From IMG/VR virus record IMGVR_UViG_3300048556_000227, positions 1 through 55,380 of that record: a stretch of 55,380 nt of DNA, one strand, 5' to 3'. Positions 25,026 through 34,481 of this stretch are shown one piece after another. Numbering within the stretch: position 1 is the first letter of the stretch; every line of letters starts with the position of its first letter. A model generated the notes under the pieces. That model had not been told where the DNA came from. It was given only the letters and a program-made list of their open reading frames with translations, and searched no databases. A program made the translations under genes and the position numbers. Source of the DNA: a virus (Duplodnaviria; Caudoviricetes).

Positions 25026-26198
25026 CTACGCCGTGAAATATGTGAATGAAACCAACCAATCATAGGAACCGTTGACTTGATTAGATGAGACTGCTTGGAA
25101 ATTACCGCCATTTGTTTTGTAAAAACTAACAACGTTACCATTGTTGGATATATGCGTGCTCATCGCTGCGTCACCAAAAACCTGAGTTCCTGAGAAAAAA
25201 ACTAGTCCTGTTCTTGCCGCACCGGTGGTGTTGTCAGATTGGAAAGGCAGAGTAAAACCTATGGAGGCGGCGGTGTTTGCAGTGCCTGTCCACTGCACTC
25301 TTAGATCACAAGAAACCAAACGTCCAACCTTTGTGTAGTCAGCAACCCCTATGTTGTATCCCGATCCGTTAATGTTTTGTCCGACAGGAGTCCAAGTCCC
25401 TTCTTCATAGTCATCCAGCTTGTTGGCTGCTCCTGTGCCGCCTAGGTATGCACCGCCTGACAGGTAGAGGTCTTTCCAACGATGTGTAGATGTACCGTCG
25501 TCGTAACCAAGATCCACAGTTCCATCGGTGTCTGCACCATTTAATCTTGGTAATATACTACTCGCTTGAAAACGGATGCCTGAGTGGTTTGCTGGCCCGT
25601 TTATATTAAGGTCGCCAGAGCCAGCACCAATACTACCTACGCTTGTGCCGTCTTTGCGAAAGTCTGCAATAGTTCCATCAGTTCCTGTTCTATTCAGGAA
25701 TAACGTCTCATTATTAGCTCGTTGTACTTGTATATTATCAGTCTTAATTGCAACACCGTCGTCTCCTGTGGTGTTGTAAATATTTGCGCTAGTAGTACCC
25801 ACCAAGAGATTACCGCTAGAATCTATGCGTGCGCGTTCCGTTGCTGTTGTATCTGGAAACGGTGAAGTTCCAAAAATTAAACCAACGCTTGTTCCAGAAC
25901 TATTTTCTGCAAAGGCTTGAATTGTCGCTTTTTGTCCAGTGCCGCCGGTAGACCCGTCATTTCCATAAAAGTCTATCTGCCCAAGAACGTCATTAGTTGT
26001 TAGTGAAGTATCAGAGTTCTCAAGTGTTAGGATTGGGCCTTGGCCTGAGTTGTTTGCGGAAAGATTGAGCGTTGTTTTAGGCAAACTAGTACCAATACCA
26101 ACCTGTTCACTACTATCAATCGTGATCGCAGTAGCATTGGAGTTGTCAACGATCCCCGGAGTACTTGATAGTTCTATTGGGACTTGTGTTAAAGCCAT
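25026..26198 (-). CDS. Tail fibre paralog 4
   Basis: DNSNATAITIDSSEQVGIG N-terminus, ERARIDSSGNLLVG, LDDYEEGTWTP. Confidence 0.85.
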   Translation of the reverse strand: MALTQVPIELSSTPGIVDNSNATAITIDSSEQVGIGTSLPKTTLNLSANNSGQGPILTLENSDTSLTTNDVLGQIDFYGNDGSTGGTGQKATIQAFAENSSGTSVGLIFGTSPFPDTTATERARIDSSGNLLVGTTSANIYNTTGDDGVAIKTDNIQVQRANNETLFLNRTGTDGTIADFRKDGTSVGSIGAGSGDLNINGPANHSGIRFQASSILPRLNGADTDGTVDLGYDDGTSTHRWKDLYLSGGAYLGGTGAANKLDDYEEGTWTPVGQNINGSGYNIGVADYTKVGRLVSCDLRVQWTGTANTAASIGFTLPFQSDNTTGAARTGLVFFSGTQVFGDAAMSTHISNNGNVVSFYKTNGGNFQAVSSNQVNGSYDWLVSFTYFTA

Positions 26199-26473
26199 CA
26201 GTTGTTCTCCGCTGCGTCCCGTTCACTACGGGTTAGATAGTCTTCTCTAGCAGTTACAAGAGCTACAAAATCTGCTTGGTTGCTAGGTATAGAGTCTGTG
26301 AAGCTATCGTCATTCATTAGCTTTGTAGTCCACTCCTGTTGCATACGCTTCCAACAGTTAGCTTTCTTTCCATTCATTGCAGCTTGAAGCCATTCATCAA
26401 TGTCTAACAAATCATTTAGCAAGATTGCTTGTTCTGTATCTGTTACTTCTACTGTTAATGTAATTGTTGCCAT
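26198..26473 (-). CDS. Probable tail-fibre chaperone
   Basis: Small gene following the C1q-like fibre. Confidence 0.6.
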   Translation of the reverse strand: MATITLTVEVTDTEQAILLNDLLDIDEWLQAAMNGKKANCWKRMQQEWTTKLMNDDSFTDSIPSNQADFVALVTAREDYLTRSERDAAENN

Positions 26474-26511
26474 CTTTATCTCCTTTAAGATACGTTATTT
26501 CGCGTGGTTGT

Positions 26512-27552
26512 TTACGCTACTAGGTAGCCTGAAAAATAACTTACGGGGTTAACATCCATCTGCGCTGTCCCACTATTTGGTAACTGAAATTCAAGAGTAG
26601 CGGTGTCACCTGCATCCATGTCTGCTAGTACACTCAAAGGAAAGCTCATATAAAAAGCGTCTTGGCTAAGAGTATTAGTGCTAAAAATGTAGTAATAAAG
26701 TCTATTAGAAGTCCTCAAAGCAAGTTGAACATACTCAGTCGCACTATCTACAGTTAAGCAGTATATAGCTGCGTTAAATTGATACCTTCCCGTAACTGGC
26801 GCAGTAAACGTATTACTTGCAAAATTACCGCCTTGGTCAAAAACTTCAGTACCAAAAATTACAGTTCTATTTCCATTAATAGGGAGATTGTTTTGGCTTG
26901 ATGAAGGTCTAACTGAAAACGCAGGTTGAGAAGGCATTGTCACACGGCCGCTGGCATCTATGCGCATGGTTTCGCTGAAGGTTAAAGCAGCACCAGCAGA
27001 CCCCGAAGCAGCATTTGCGAATTCAGTAATACCCGCTGTCTGACGGATTATCGAGGCTGCCGCTGTCGTCTGGTACGCATAAGCTCCTGTGTCAGCATCG
27101 ATATAAGCATTGTCAGATATGCTTATGCCGTCTATACCACCGGCACCATTTTCACTAATAATCGCGCCTTTTTCGCCGATGATTAGGTGATTCCAAGTGT
27201 TGTGAAGATCTGTAGGCGTAGATTTTCCGATTAAGACCGATCCACCGCTGTCTATGATGAGGCGTTCTGTGTTGTTTGTTTTGAAATGTAATGCTCTTGA
27301 GCCAATGGCTTGCATGCCAAAAACAGTTGTTCCATCAGCATACAGTTCGCCGGTATGAGTTTCATTAACCTCAAAGTCCAACAAACTACCGGTAGTGCCA
27401 TTAAGGGTTAATGTGGTGTAACCGCTATATGTGTTAGGCGAATCAGTACCAATACCTACATTTTCACTACTATCAATAGTAATAGCCGTGGCATTACCGT
27501 TGTCTACAATACTTGTACTAAGGAGTCCTCTGGATACTTTAGTTAAAGCCAT
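26512..27552 (-). CDS. Tail fibre paralog 3 with C1q/TNF-like C-terminal domain
   Basis: DNGNATAITIDSSENVGIG; QPAF...FTAPVTGRYQF...FSGYLV. Confidence 0.85.
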   Translation of the reverse strand: MALTKVSRGLLSTSIVDNGNATAITIDSSENVGIGTDSPNTYSGYTTLTLNGTTGSLLDFEVNETHTGELYADGTTVFGMQAIGSRALHFKTNNTERLIIDSGGSVLIGKSTPTDLHNTWNHLIIGEKGAIISENGAGGIDGISISDNAYIDADTGAYAYQTTAAASIIRQTAGITEFANAASGSAGAALTFSETMRIDASGRVTMPSQPAFSVRPSSSQNNLPINGNRTVIFGTEVFDQGGNFASNTFTAPVTGRYQFNAAIYCLTVDSATEYVQLALRTSNRLYYYIFSTNTLSQDAFYMSFPLSVLADMDAGDTATLEFQLPNSGTAQMDVNPVSYFSGYLVA

Positions 27553-29243
27553 CAGTTGTTCTCCAGTTGTGTGATACGCGCTTCTAACGCCGTGATTATT
27601 GCTTGTTGTTCTTGGATTGCTCCTATCAAGCGAGTAATTACTTCATCACTTGCGTAGGCTAGTGTTTGTAGCTTGTCCGAGCCTACGGCTACTTCGGCAG
27701 TGCCATCATCGATGTCTGCCTGTGTGTAGACAGCATCTTTAGCACCTGTCACGGCATTAGGAATATGTTCTGCAAACTCGTGCGCAATGAAGCCCACCTG
27801 TGTTTCGGTACTCTTTCCCAATCCTGCCTTGTATGTATAACTGCGAGGTTGAAGACCGTTGATTATATCTAGTGAACCAGTAAGGTCAGCTATGTTCTCT
27901 TTTACCCTATGATCAGAGACGTTACTGATCTCGAGACCATCGCCGTCTCCAATTATAGAACCCTCTACCACACCCGCAGTACGATACTGCAGTACCATTG
28001 CTGTTCCACCGCTGATTCGGTTATTTATAAGAAGAATCTCAGCCCCACTACTGTTGTAGTTCATTCCTATCTGAACCGTACCAAGGGGGAGAAGCTTTAT
28101 CCCATCAACACTATTATAGCTATATGAATTCGTAATTATGTCGCCGCTCGAAGCTATGCGCATGCGTTCTGTGCCGCTTCCACTGCCAGTGATGAACCTC
28201 ATGCCGTTTTGTCCACGCATGAAAGAACCGTCAACTGTTGAGTCATAACCTACTGCGTGTGAAGTGTCACCTACTCCATTAAATCGCACTGAGCCAGAAG
28301 AGCCTATACCAACACTGCCTGACAGGTAGAGGTGTTTAAAGCGAGCGCCAGAACGTCCAAGATCAATTGAGTTGTCAGCAGCAGAACCGTTTCTGACAGG
28401 ATCTATCGCACCGTTTGTAGGGTGAAAGCGAAAGCCAGACCCTGAAGTGGTGCCTGATTGGATATAGAGAGAATCGCCGCCTTCGCTACCAATAGTACCT
28501 ACGGTTGTATCGTCTTTGCGGAATTGAACAATATCACCATCAGAAGTTGTACGATTAAATCTTGCTGTCTCTGAACCTGATACTGTTGCCGCTATTTTTC
28601 CTGTAGATAAAACTTGAAAGCCTACTGTGTCACTGCCGGCGGAAGTCTTCCCCACCAAGAGATTACCGTTGGAGTCGATGCGCGCAGCTTCAGAGCCATC
28701 TTTGTACCATTGATGCGTCAGGCTAGTACCATTACTATTAATAGTGTAGCCATTAGATACACCACTTTGCCCTGCTTGGAATATCGCTTGAGTCCCCGCA
28801 CCTGCGAGTACATTCAACTTATATGAAGGCGAACTAGTACCAATACCAACGTTGCCTGATGCGGTTATGGTCACGTTATCTACCCAAGTAATAGCACCAT
28901 TAGCACTTCCACTGACGGCACTACTAAAGACAGTATCTCCTGTGCTATTTGAGTTTATTTTAGCCGCTACACCAGACGTCTTATATTTCCAAGCCCCGTC
29001 GTAGTAACCATTACCTGAAAGGTAGAAGCCGTTGTTATACCCAAATAAACCAAGACCATTTTGTAAATCTATACTTTTTGATAAAGTGTTTGCGTAAGGG
29101 GTAACACCAATACCAACGTTTCCAGATACCAAAATGTCATTAGCGAAGGTTACGTTTTCTGAACTGTCAATTGTGATCGCAACGGCGTCAGCACTGTCGG
29201 AGACTGTACGGCTAAGCTCTGCAAGCTCTCTGGCTTTACTCAT
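27552..29243 (-). CDS. Tail fibre paralog 2 with S74 intramolecular chaperone
   Basis: AITIDSSENV, VGIG and ERMRI repeats, SDHRVKENI...GFIAHE...coiled coil. Confidence 0.88.
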   Translation of the reverse strand: MSKARELAELSRTVSDSADAVAITIDSSENVTFANDILVSGNVGIGVTPYANTLSKSIDLQNGLGLFGYNNGFYLSGNGYYDGAWKYKTSGVAAKINSNSTGDTVFSSAVSGSANGAITWVDNVTITASGNVGIGTSSPSYKLNVLAGAGTQAIFQAGQSGVSNGYTINSNGTSLTHQWYKDGSEAARIDSNGNLLVGKTSAGSDTVGFQVLSTGKIAATVSGSETARFNRTTSDGDIVQFRKDDTTVGTIGSEGGDSLYIQSGTTSGSGFRFHPTNGAIDPVRNGSAADNSIDLGRSGARFKHLYLSGSVGIGSSGSVRFNGVGDTSHAVGYDSTVDGSFMRGQNGMRFITGSGSGTERMRIASSGDIITNSYSYNSVDGIKLLPLGTVQIGMNYNSSGAEILLINNRISGGTAMVLQYRTAGVVEGSIIGDGDGLEISNVSDHRVKENIADLTGSLDIINGLQPRSYTYKAGLGKSTETQVGFIAHEFAEHIPNAVTGAKDAVYTQADIDDGTAEVAVGSDKLQTLAYASDEVITRLIGAIQEQQAIITALEARITQLENN

Positions 29244-32062
29244 CAGTTGTTCTCCAGCGCTGTTAGTCTTGTAGTCAGGTCAGTTATTGCTGCTGCCTGT
29301 GCTTCAATTGTTTCTTGTTGTTCTTGGATGGCTTTCAACAGCAGCGGAATCGTTTCCGTATACGCCATAGCTTTAACAGGCGTGGTGCTATCTGAATCAT
29401 CATCAGTGCCAACAGTTCCATCGTCTTCTAAGACAAGATGTTCATTTTCATCAACAACCTCTGGGAACGCTGATTGCCAATCCTGCGCGATGAAACCAAT
29501 TTTTGTATCTGATGGATTGCTTATGAGGTTATATTTTACACAGCGCATATTCATCAAAGACGGTAGAACTGTACCAACATCAGTAATGTTTTCTTTAATA
29601 CGTTCATCTGAGTGAGCAGTCCAAGATTGACCGCCGTGACTCAAATAAACGCCAACATTGCTTTCGTTAATTACATAAAAAACTGCGTTACTACCCGTTG
29701 CGCCCCCACCAAAACCCCATCGTTTGGAGCTATCAGCGGTTGCTGTTGTCATAGTAATGTCGTTTCTGGTGTTTGCACCCGCTCCAAAAAACCCTGTTGT
29801 GCCGCCTGATAGAATGCGCATGCGTTCTGAGGCAGGATCGCCACTATAAAATCTCATCGTGCCACTAGAAATAACATTCATGTTATCAGTGCCATGGTCG
29901 TAACTGATGTATCCTCTGTACTGTTGACTACCAGAGGTGCCATCAGCAAACATCAAGTATGCGTGGTGCGCAGGGTCAGAAACAATCGTAATGCCACCTT
30001 CGTCAGCCGCCGCTACTACAAGGTTTTCAGCGTAATAAGCATTTGGATTTGGGACACCAATACCAACACGGCCTGCTGAGTCTATGCGCATGCGTTCTTG
30101 CCACGTTATAGTAGCATCAGCGGTACCTGAAGCAGCCGTAGACCATGTGTGTATTCCGTTATTGGCATCCATCAGATATTGAGTTGCAGGTATAGCGTTT
30201 ATGTACTTCCAGCCGCCGGCATAGTACGCATTGTTGGACAAGCGACTATCACCATTAGTGTATCCTGCCAATGACGCTAGCCGGACTTGCAGTGCAGTAT
30301 AGGTATCCCATGCTTCTGGCGAGACACCAATACCAACATTGCCAGATGCGTCTAGCACCATTTTCTGAGTATTTCCACCAGTCGTAAACTTGATGGAACC
30401 CGTGCCACCGTCTGACATAATTGAAATATCATTGTCATAGGTGTAAAGGAATGCAGCACCTGCGGCGGTAGCACCATAGGCTGTAGCGCCTTGTTTACCA
30501 ACATTTGTGGTATACACATTTTGGGCATTACCAACTTTGATTGTTGCATCACCACTGCCTGATTCATCTATCTCTAATTGACTACTAGGCGAAACAGTAC
30601 CAACACCAACACGGTTGTTAGTTGCATCTACATACAACGTGTCTGTGTCAAAGTAAAAATCTCCAGAAGCAATCTTGGCTGGAGTTATAGTTCCATCAAC
30701 AGGAACATTAATATCCGTCTGAGTCATTGTCATAACTTCTACAGCACTTCCATTCGGTGGAGCCGTAGAGAATGTTAGAGTAGATCCTGAGATCGAGTAG
30801 GTGTCTTTGTTTTGGTACACGCCGTCGATGAAAACCTGCGTGTTATTCTCTGAGACGGGGATGATCGACAGCGTCAGCGTAGTATCCGATCCGTCGCCAG
30901 TCATCAAGTCGATGTTCAGATTGCTGCCAGACACAGCAGCTGCAATCGAGTAGATGAGGATCTTGTTACCGTTAGCTGGTGCCGACACAAAGGTGAGTGT
31001 GTTGCCAGACAGGACGTAAGCGTCTTGTTGCTGAAAGATACCCTCGATGAAAACGATCAGATTGTTTTCACTGGTTACGCTCTGGCTCAGAGCATATGCC
31101 GTGGTTGACCCATCACCTGTGTAAGAATCCACGCTGAACGCCGAGGTGGCACCTCCGCCACCACCCCCTGACCCAGCCAACGCGCCCCAAGAGCTTGAGT
31201 AGCCCTCGAACTGATTGCTGGTTGTGTTGTAACGAAAAGAACCAGCAGACGGGCTGCTCGGTCTTTGCGCAGTAGTACCGGCGGGGACTTGTAGAGAGGT
31301 GGTTGCGGTCAGATCAGAGAATGATCCGGCAGCTTGAGTAGTGCCACCAATCGCAGTGTTATTGATCGTGCCGCCACTAATAGTACTGTTGTTGCTCACA
31401 AAGGTGTTGAGAGTCGCGGTTCCACTAGCGCCAAGCGTGGTTGCCGTGATCTCCGTACCAGTAATCGAACCGCCTGTAATCGAGACCGCTGCGCCGGATT
31501 GACCCGTGAAGTTTCCGTAAACCTCGACATCAATAATATCGGACGTAGTAGCGCCGGTGGTTAACGTGATCGTATTGTTTGCCGCGCTCGCTGTGTAATC
31601 CGTGCCTTGGACGAGTCTGACGCCGTTCATGTAGACGTTTACTAAGCCAGATTGGTTGATGACCAGTGTGTTGCTTGAATTATCCGCCCCAGAAAAAACC
31701 GTCTGACCGGCAGTTGGTGTGTACTGAAAATTGGATTTCACACCTTCGACAGTAGCAGCATCAATCACATCAGTTAGCAGCGCAGCAGTCATCCGCAACT
31801 CAACAATATCACCCGCTGACCAAGTGCCAGCCGTAGTACCGTCTTGCGCTCGGGTTATAGTGAACGTATCGGTAGACAGCGCCGTCGCCTTCACAACCTC
31901 TCGACCAGTCCCTGTCGCTTGCTGAATAGTCAAATAGCAATAATCGTCAGCACCCGCCAACTGCGGGAACGCAGAAGCGGACGCCACAGTCAACGAGGTC
32001 GCTGACGTATTTATGCCTGTAGCAACAGTGGTCGAAGCGTTGTTCGTAAACTTAACTGTCAT
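29243..32062 (-). CDS. Main tail fibre (939 aa) with S74 chaperone
   Basis: TGDGSTT / VFIDGVYQ repeats, VGIG and ERMRI repeats, SDERIKENI...GFIAQD. Confidence 0.9.
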   Translation of the reverse strand: MTVKFTNNASTTVATGINTSATSLTVASASAFPQLAGADDYCYLTIQQATGTGREVVKATALSTDTFTITRAQDGTTAGTWSAGDIVELRMTAALLTDVIDAATVEGVKSNFQYTPTAGQTVFSGADNSSNTLVINQSGLVNVYMNGVRLVQGTDYTASAANNTITLTTGATTSDIIDVEVYGNFTGQSGAAVSITGGSITGTEITATTLGASGTATLNTFVSNNSTISGGTINNTAIGGTTQAAGSFSDLTATTSLQVPAGTTAQRPSSPSAGSFRYNTTSNQFEGYSSSWGALAGSGGGGGGATSAFSVDSYTGDGSTTAYALSQSVTSENNLIVFIEGIFQQQDAYVLSGNTLTFVSAPANGNKILIYSIAAAVSGSNLNIDLMTGDGSDTTLTLSIIPVSENNTQVFIDGVYQNKDTYSISGSTLTFSTAPPNGSAVEVMTMTQTDINVPVDGTITPAKIASGDFYFDTDTLYVDATNNRVGVGTVSPSSQLEIDESGSGDATIKVGNAQNVYTTNVGKQGATAYGATAAGAAFLYTYDNDISIMSDGGTGSIKFTTGGNTQKMVLDASGNVGIGVSPEAWDTYTALQVRLASLAGYTNGDSRLSNNAYYAGGWKYINAIPATQYLMDANNGIHTWSTAASGTADATITWQERMRIDSAGRVGIGVPNPNAYYAENLVVAAADEGGITIVSDPAHHAYLMFADGTSGSQQYRGYISYDHGTDNMNVISSGTMRFYSGDPASERMRILSGGTTGFFGAGANTRNDITMTTATADSSKRWGFGGGATGSNAVFYVINESNVGVYLSHGGQSWTAHSDERIKENITDVGTVLPSLMNMRCVKYNLISNPSDTKIGFIAQDWQSAFPEVVDENEHLVLEDDGTVGTDDDSDSTTPVKAMAYTETIPLLLKAIQEQQETIEAQAAAITDLTTRLTALENN

Positions 32063-32086
32063 CGCATTGTCCTATAACAATTGATT

Positions 32087-32515
32087 TTAACTAGCGGTCA
32101 CAGTCCAGGTGATCGTCATGCTGTCTGACGCACCTTTGTTTACCACCGGGAAAACCGTGCGGCAAAGCATCGTGCCGCTAGAGCTTGCGTTGAGAACGGC
32201 AGCTTCGGTTAGCGCTGCTGTGCCTGTACCCGCACCAAACGTCGCGACGTACACAACATCGGCTCCAGATACAGTGGTCGAGGTTAAAGCCACTCGTGCA
32301 GACTCGCTGCCCAGCGCTGTATCACCAGCAGCGGCGGCAGTACTGCCCGTGCCAACCGCCATGTGGGACATCGCAGTGGCAGTAGCATCTTTCATCCGAG
32401 ATGCGACATAGCCCTTGCCTGTTGTTACTACCAAGTTGTTAATTTCTTGAACGACCTCGTCGTTGATTACGATGGTCAAACGGCCTTGCATCGAGAGTCC
32501 TGAGTTAAAATCCAT
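32087..32515 (-). CDS. Virion tail structural protein
   Basis: NLVVTTG...MAVGTG...TEAAV...ITWTVT. Confidence 0.75.
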   Translation of the reverse strand: MDFNSGLSMQGRLTIVINDEVVQEINNLVVTTGKGYVASRMKDATATAMSHMAVGTGSTAAAAGDTALGSESARVALTSTTVSGADVVYVATFGAGTGTAALTEAAVLNASSSGTMLCRTVFPVVNKGASDSMTITWTVTAS

Positions 32516-32526
32516 AGTCTTGCTTC

Positions 32527-33333
32527 CTATTGATTGAACGGTGCTGAGTTAAGAGTTGCAGCGTTCATGGCTGCGTTTGAGAACAGAGCGAAACTAAAAC
32601 TTTCAGTAACGCTTACTGTGTCCGTTATTCCTTTGCTTACTGCCAACGAGTCAACAGCATCAGCAAAAGAGAAAGAGTCTGAGGAGGTCTTACCGAACTC
32701 GAGCGCCTGATCGTCAGAAAACCCAAAGATGTTCGTCTTCGTGTTAGCGCTGTCTTTGATCAGGGCGTTTACTGTTGCGGCATCATCCATCGAGAACGCA
32801 TCAGTGAAAGCCCTGTTAAAACTGACGGTGCGAGAAAGGGACTCTGACAGGGCGGTCTGATCGACCAAACCTTTGCTAAAACCAAAAACATCAACGTCTG
32901 AAAGCCCAACCGAATCAGACTTGGATAAGCCGAAACCCTTCGCGTTTGATTCGCTGAGCTGCTGTTGATCAGCGAAGATTGGCTCTACCGCGCTGGCATG
33001 CGTATCACTGAAACTAAACACGTCACTGAACGCTCTTAGCAGTTCCAGCAAGATGTTGATGCTTTCGGACAGGGTGACCGTGTCGGACTTGCCAAGACCA
33101 AATACCATCTGAGAGATGGCTTCATCCAGAGTTACAGAATCGTTGGGATTCTTGCCGACACCAAGGGAAGGCAAATCAGTAAAGGAAAATTGATCGTCTA
33201 ACCATTGGTTCTTTGTGTCAGGGTCGAGCACAAAATCTGCGGATAACAGCGTGGCTGCTACCACAGATTTGACATCCGTTACGGATATATCCCCACGGAG
33301 ATCGGCTACGTTTAAGACAATCTTAGAAGACAT
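32527..33333 (-). CDS. S/D-rich repetitive virion protein
   Basis: Repeated K.xSDSV.LSE / FSD motifs. Confidence 0.7.
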   Translation of the reverse strand: MSSKIVLNVADLRGDISVTDVKSVVAATLLSADFVLDPDTKNQWLDDQFSFTDLPSLGVGKNPNDSVTLDEAISQMVFGLGKSDTVTLSESINILLELLRAFSDVFSFSDTHASAVEPIFADQQQLSESNAKGFGLSKSDSVGLSDVDVFGFSKGLVDQTALSESLSRTVSFNRAFTDAFSMDDAATVNALIKDSANTKTNIFGFSDDQALEFGKTSSDSFSFADAVDSLAVSKGITDTVSVTESFSFALFSNAAMNAATLNSAPFNQ

Positions 33334-33707
33334 TAGTCAAAATCGTCCCTGACCTTGAACTTCACAAGGTCGTAAACCGTCTGGATGCCGCCGTTGCTGT
33401 GCGTTATCTCAACCTCGCCTTCATAAGTTCCCGCTGCGCTAAACGTAGTGGTTGAAAAATTAGCCACGCATTCGCCTTGCGCACCGTTCGTGATAGAAAA
33501 AAGTCTAGTGTCTACTATCGCGGAGTTGCCCAGCTCTCGTAGCCGCAGGCGAACAGTGGCACCCGTGATGTCAATCGGTGCCCAACTCGCACTGTTCTCA
33601 GGGTCAAGCACTAACCCTGAAGCAGCAGTATTTCTATCCTTTAGCGTTAAGTTCAACGCCGGTAGCGTATCCCCCACTACTAAATTCAATGTTTCTGAGT
33701 AAGCCAT
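33333..33707 (-). CDS. BppU-like Ig-fold tail protein
   Basis: GDT.P...IDITGATVRL...AGTYEGEVEIT. Confidence 0.7.
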   Translation of the reverse strand: MAYSETLNLVVGDTLPALNLTLKDRNTAASGLVLDPENSASWAPIDITGATVRLRLRELGNSAIVDTRLFSITNGAQGECVANFSTTTFSAAGTYEGEVEITHSNGGIQTVYDLVKFKVRDDFD

Positions 33708-33731
33708 CTTCTACCCCAAATTTGGTTATGA

Positions 33732-33748
33732 TAGTACCACTTGTACTA
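33732..33748. promoter_or_regulatory. 17-bp palindromic operator-like site
   Basis: TAGTAC-CACTT-GTACTA, intergenic. Confidence 0.72.
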
Positions 33749-34096
33749 TCAGTATGCCCAGAGAACTGGCGTCGTTGTTCTTGTATCGACATGCACAAAT
33801 GTCTTTGCCACACCGATCCCAGTAAACCCGAGATAGAAGGCCTGCTTCACAAGCTCTCGTCTCTCAGCACCGCCAGACACTTTGATATCACAAGCAATCC
33901 CCTGCGCATGGGTTCCTGGCTGCGATTTCTTGGCCTCAATACTGTGAGTTGGAGACCTGTAACCTGATGTTACATACAGCGGCCTACCGACAGCTGATCG
34001 AAGCTCGTCGACCTTGCGTATGAACTCAGGATCCATCTCGTTCTCGCCGGTCTCTTGGCAATCGAAATCACTGATTTTGAAGTACAGGTACTCCAT
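33749..34096 (-). CDS. Peptidase M15-family endolysin
   Basis: TSGYRS...H..G.ACDI...FVHVDTR zinc ligands. Confidence 0.88.
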   Translation of the reverse strand: MEYLYFKISDFDCQETGENEMDPEFIRKVDELRSAVGRPLYVTSGYRSPTHSIEAKKSQPGTHAQGIACDIKVSGGAERRELVKQAFYLGFTGIGVAKTFVHVDTRTTTPVLWAY

Positions 34097-34473
34097 TACT
34101 TGTCTACTCCCTTGATTCGCTCGTAACTTCTACCGCCGGACAGCCCTAACATGCCAAGAAGCAAAGGCATCATGACGCCTGCATCAGCTTGCGGTATTTC
34201 AACACCGAACCCAGCCGCGATGGGCGCTATTAGAAAGTTCACCATAAGCCCCAGCACACACGTGTAACCGGCTAAGGGACGCCAACTCGATTGAAACCAG
34301 TTGCCTTTTGCATCGAGCTTCAAGATTTCTATCTGCTCTAACGCAATCTCTTGCCCATGTTTCTCGGACATCGTGGCGATCTCGTGAGCCAAAGCCGCCG
34401 CCTTGTCCTTATCTTTGATAACCTTGCCAAGCAGCCCGCTTACAGGGCCTATCAGCTGTCCTACTAAACTCAT
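34096..34473 (-). CDS. Holin (3TM gene-transfer-release type)
   Basis: WFQSSWRPLAGY...LLGMLGL.G.RSYE; adjacent to the endolysin. Confidence 0.82.
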   Translation of the reverse strand: MSLVGQLIGPVSGLLGKVIKDKDKAAALAHEIATMSEKHGQEIALEQIEILKLDAKGNWFQSSWRPLAGYTCVLGLMVNFLIAPIAAGFGVEIPQADAGVMMPLLLGMLGLSGGRSYERIKGVDK

Positions 34474-34481
34474 CGTTACTC

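Noticed and set aside
24759-32062. Diversity-generating retroelement or invertible shufflon in the tail fibres
   Set aside because: No reverse transcriptase or invertase, no long TR/VR pair seen, and all cassettes are co-oriented
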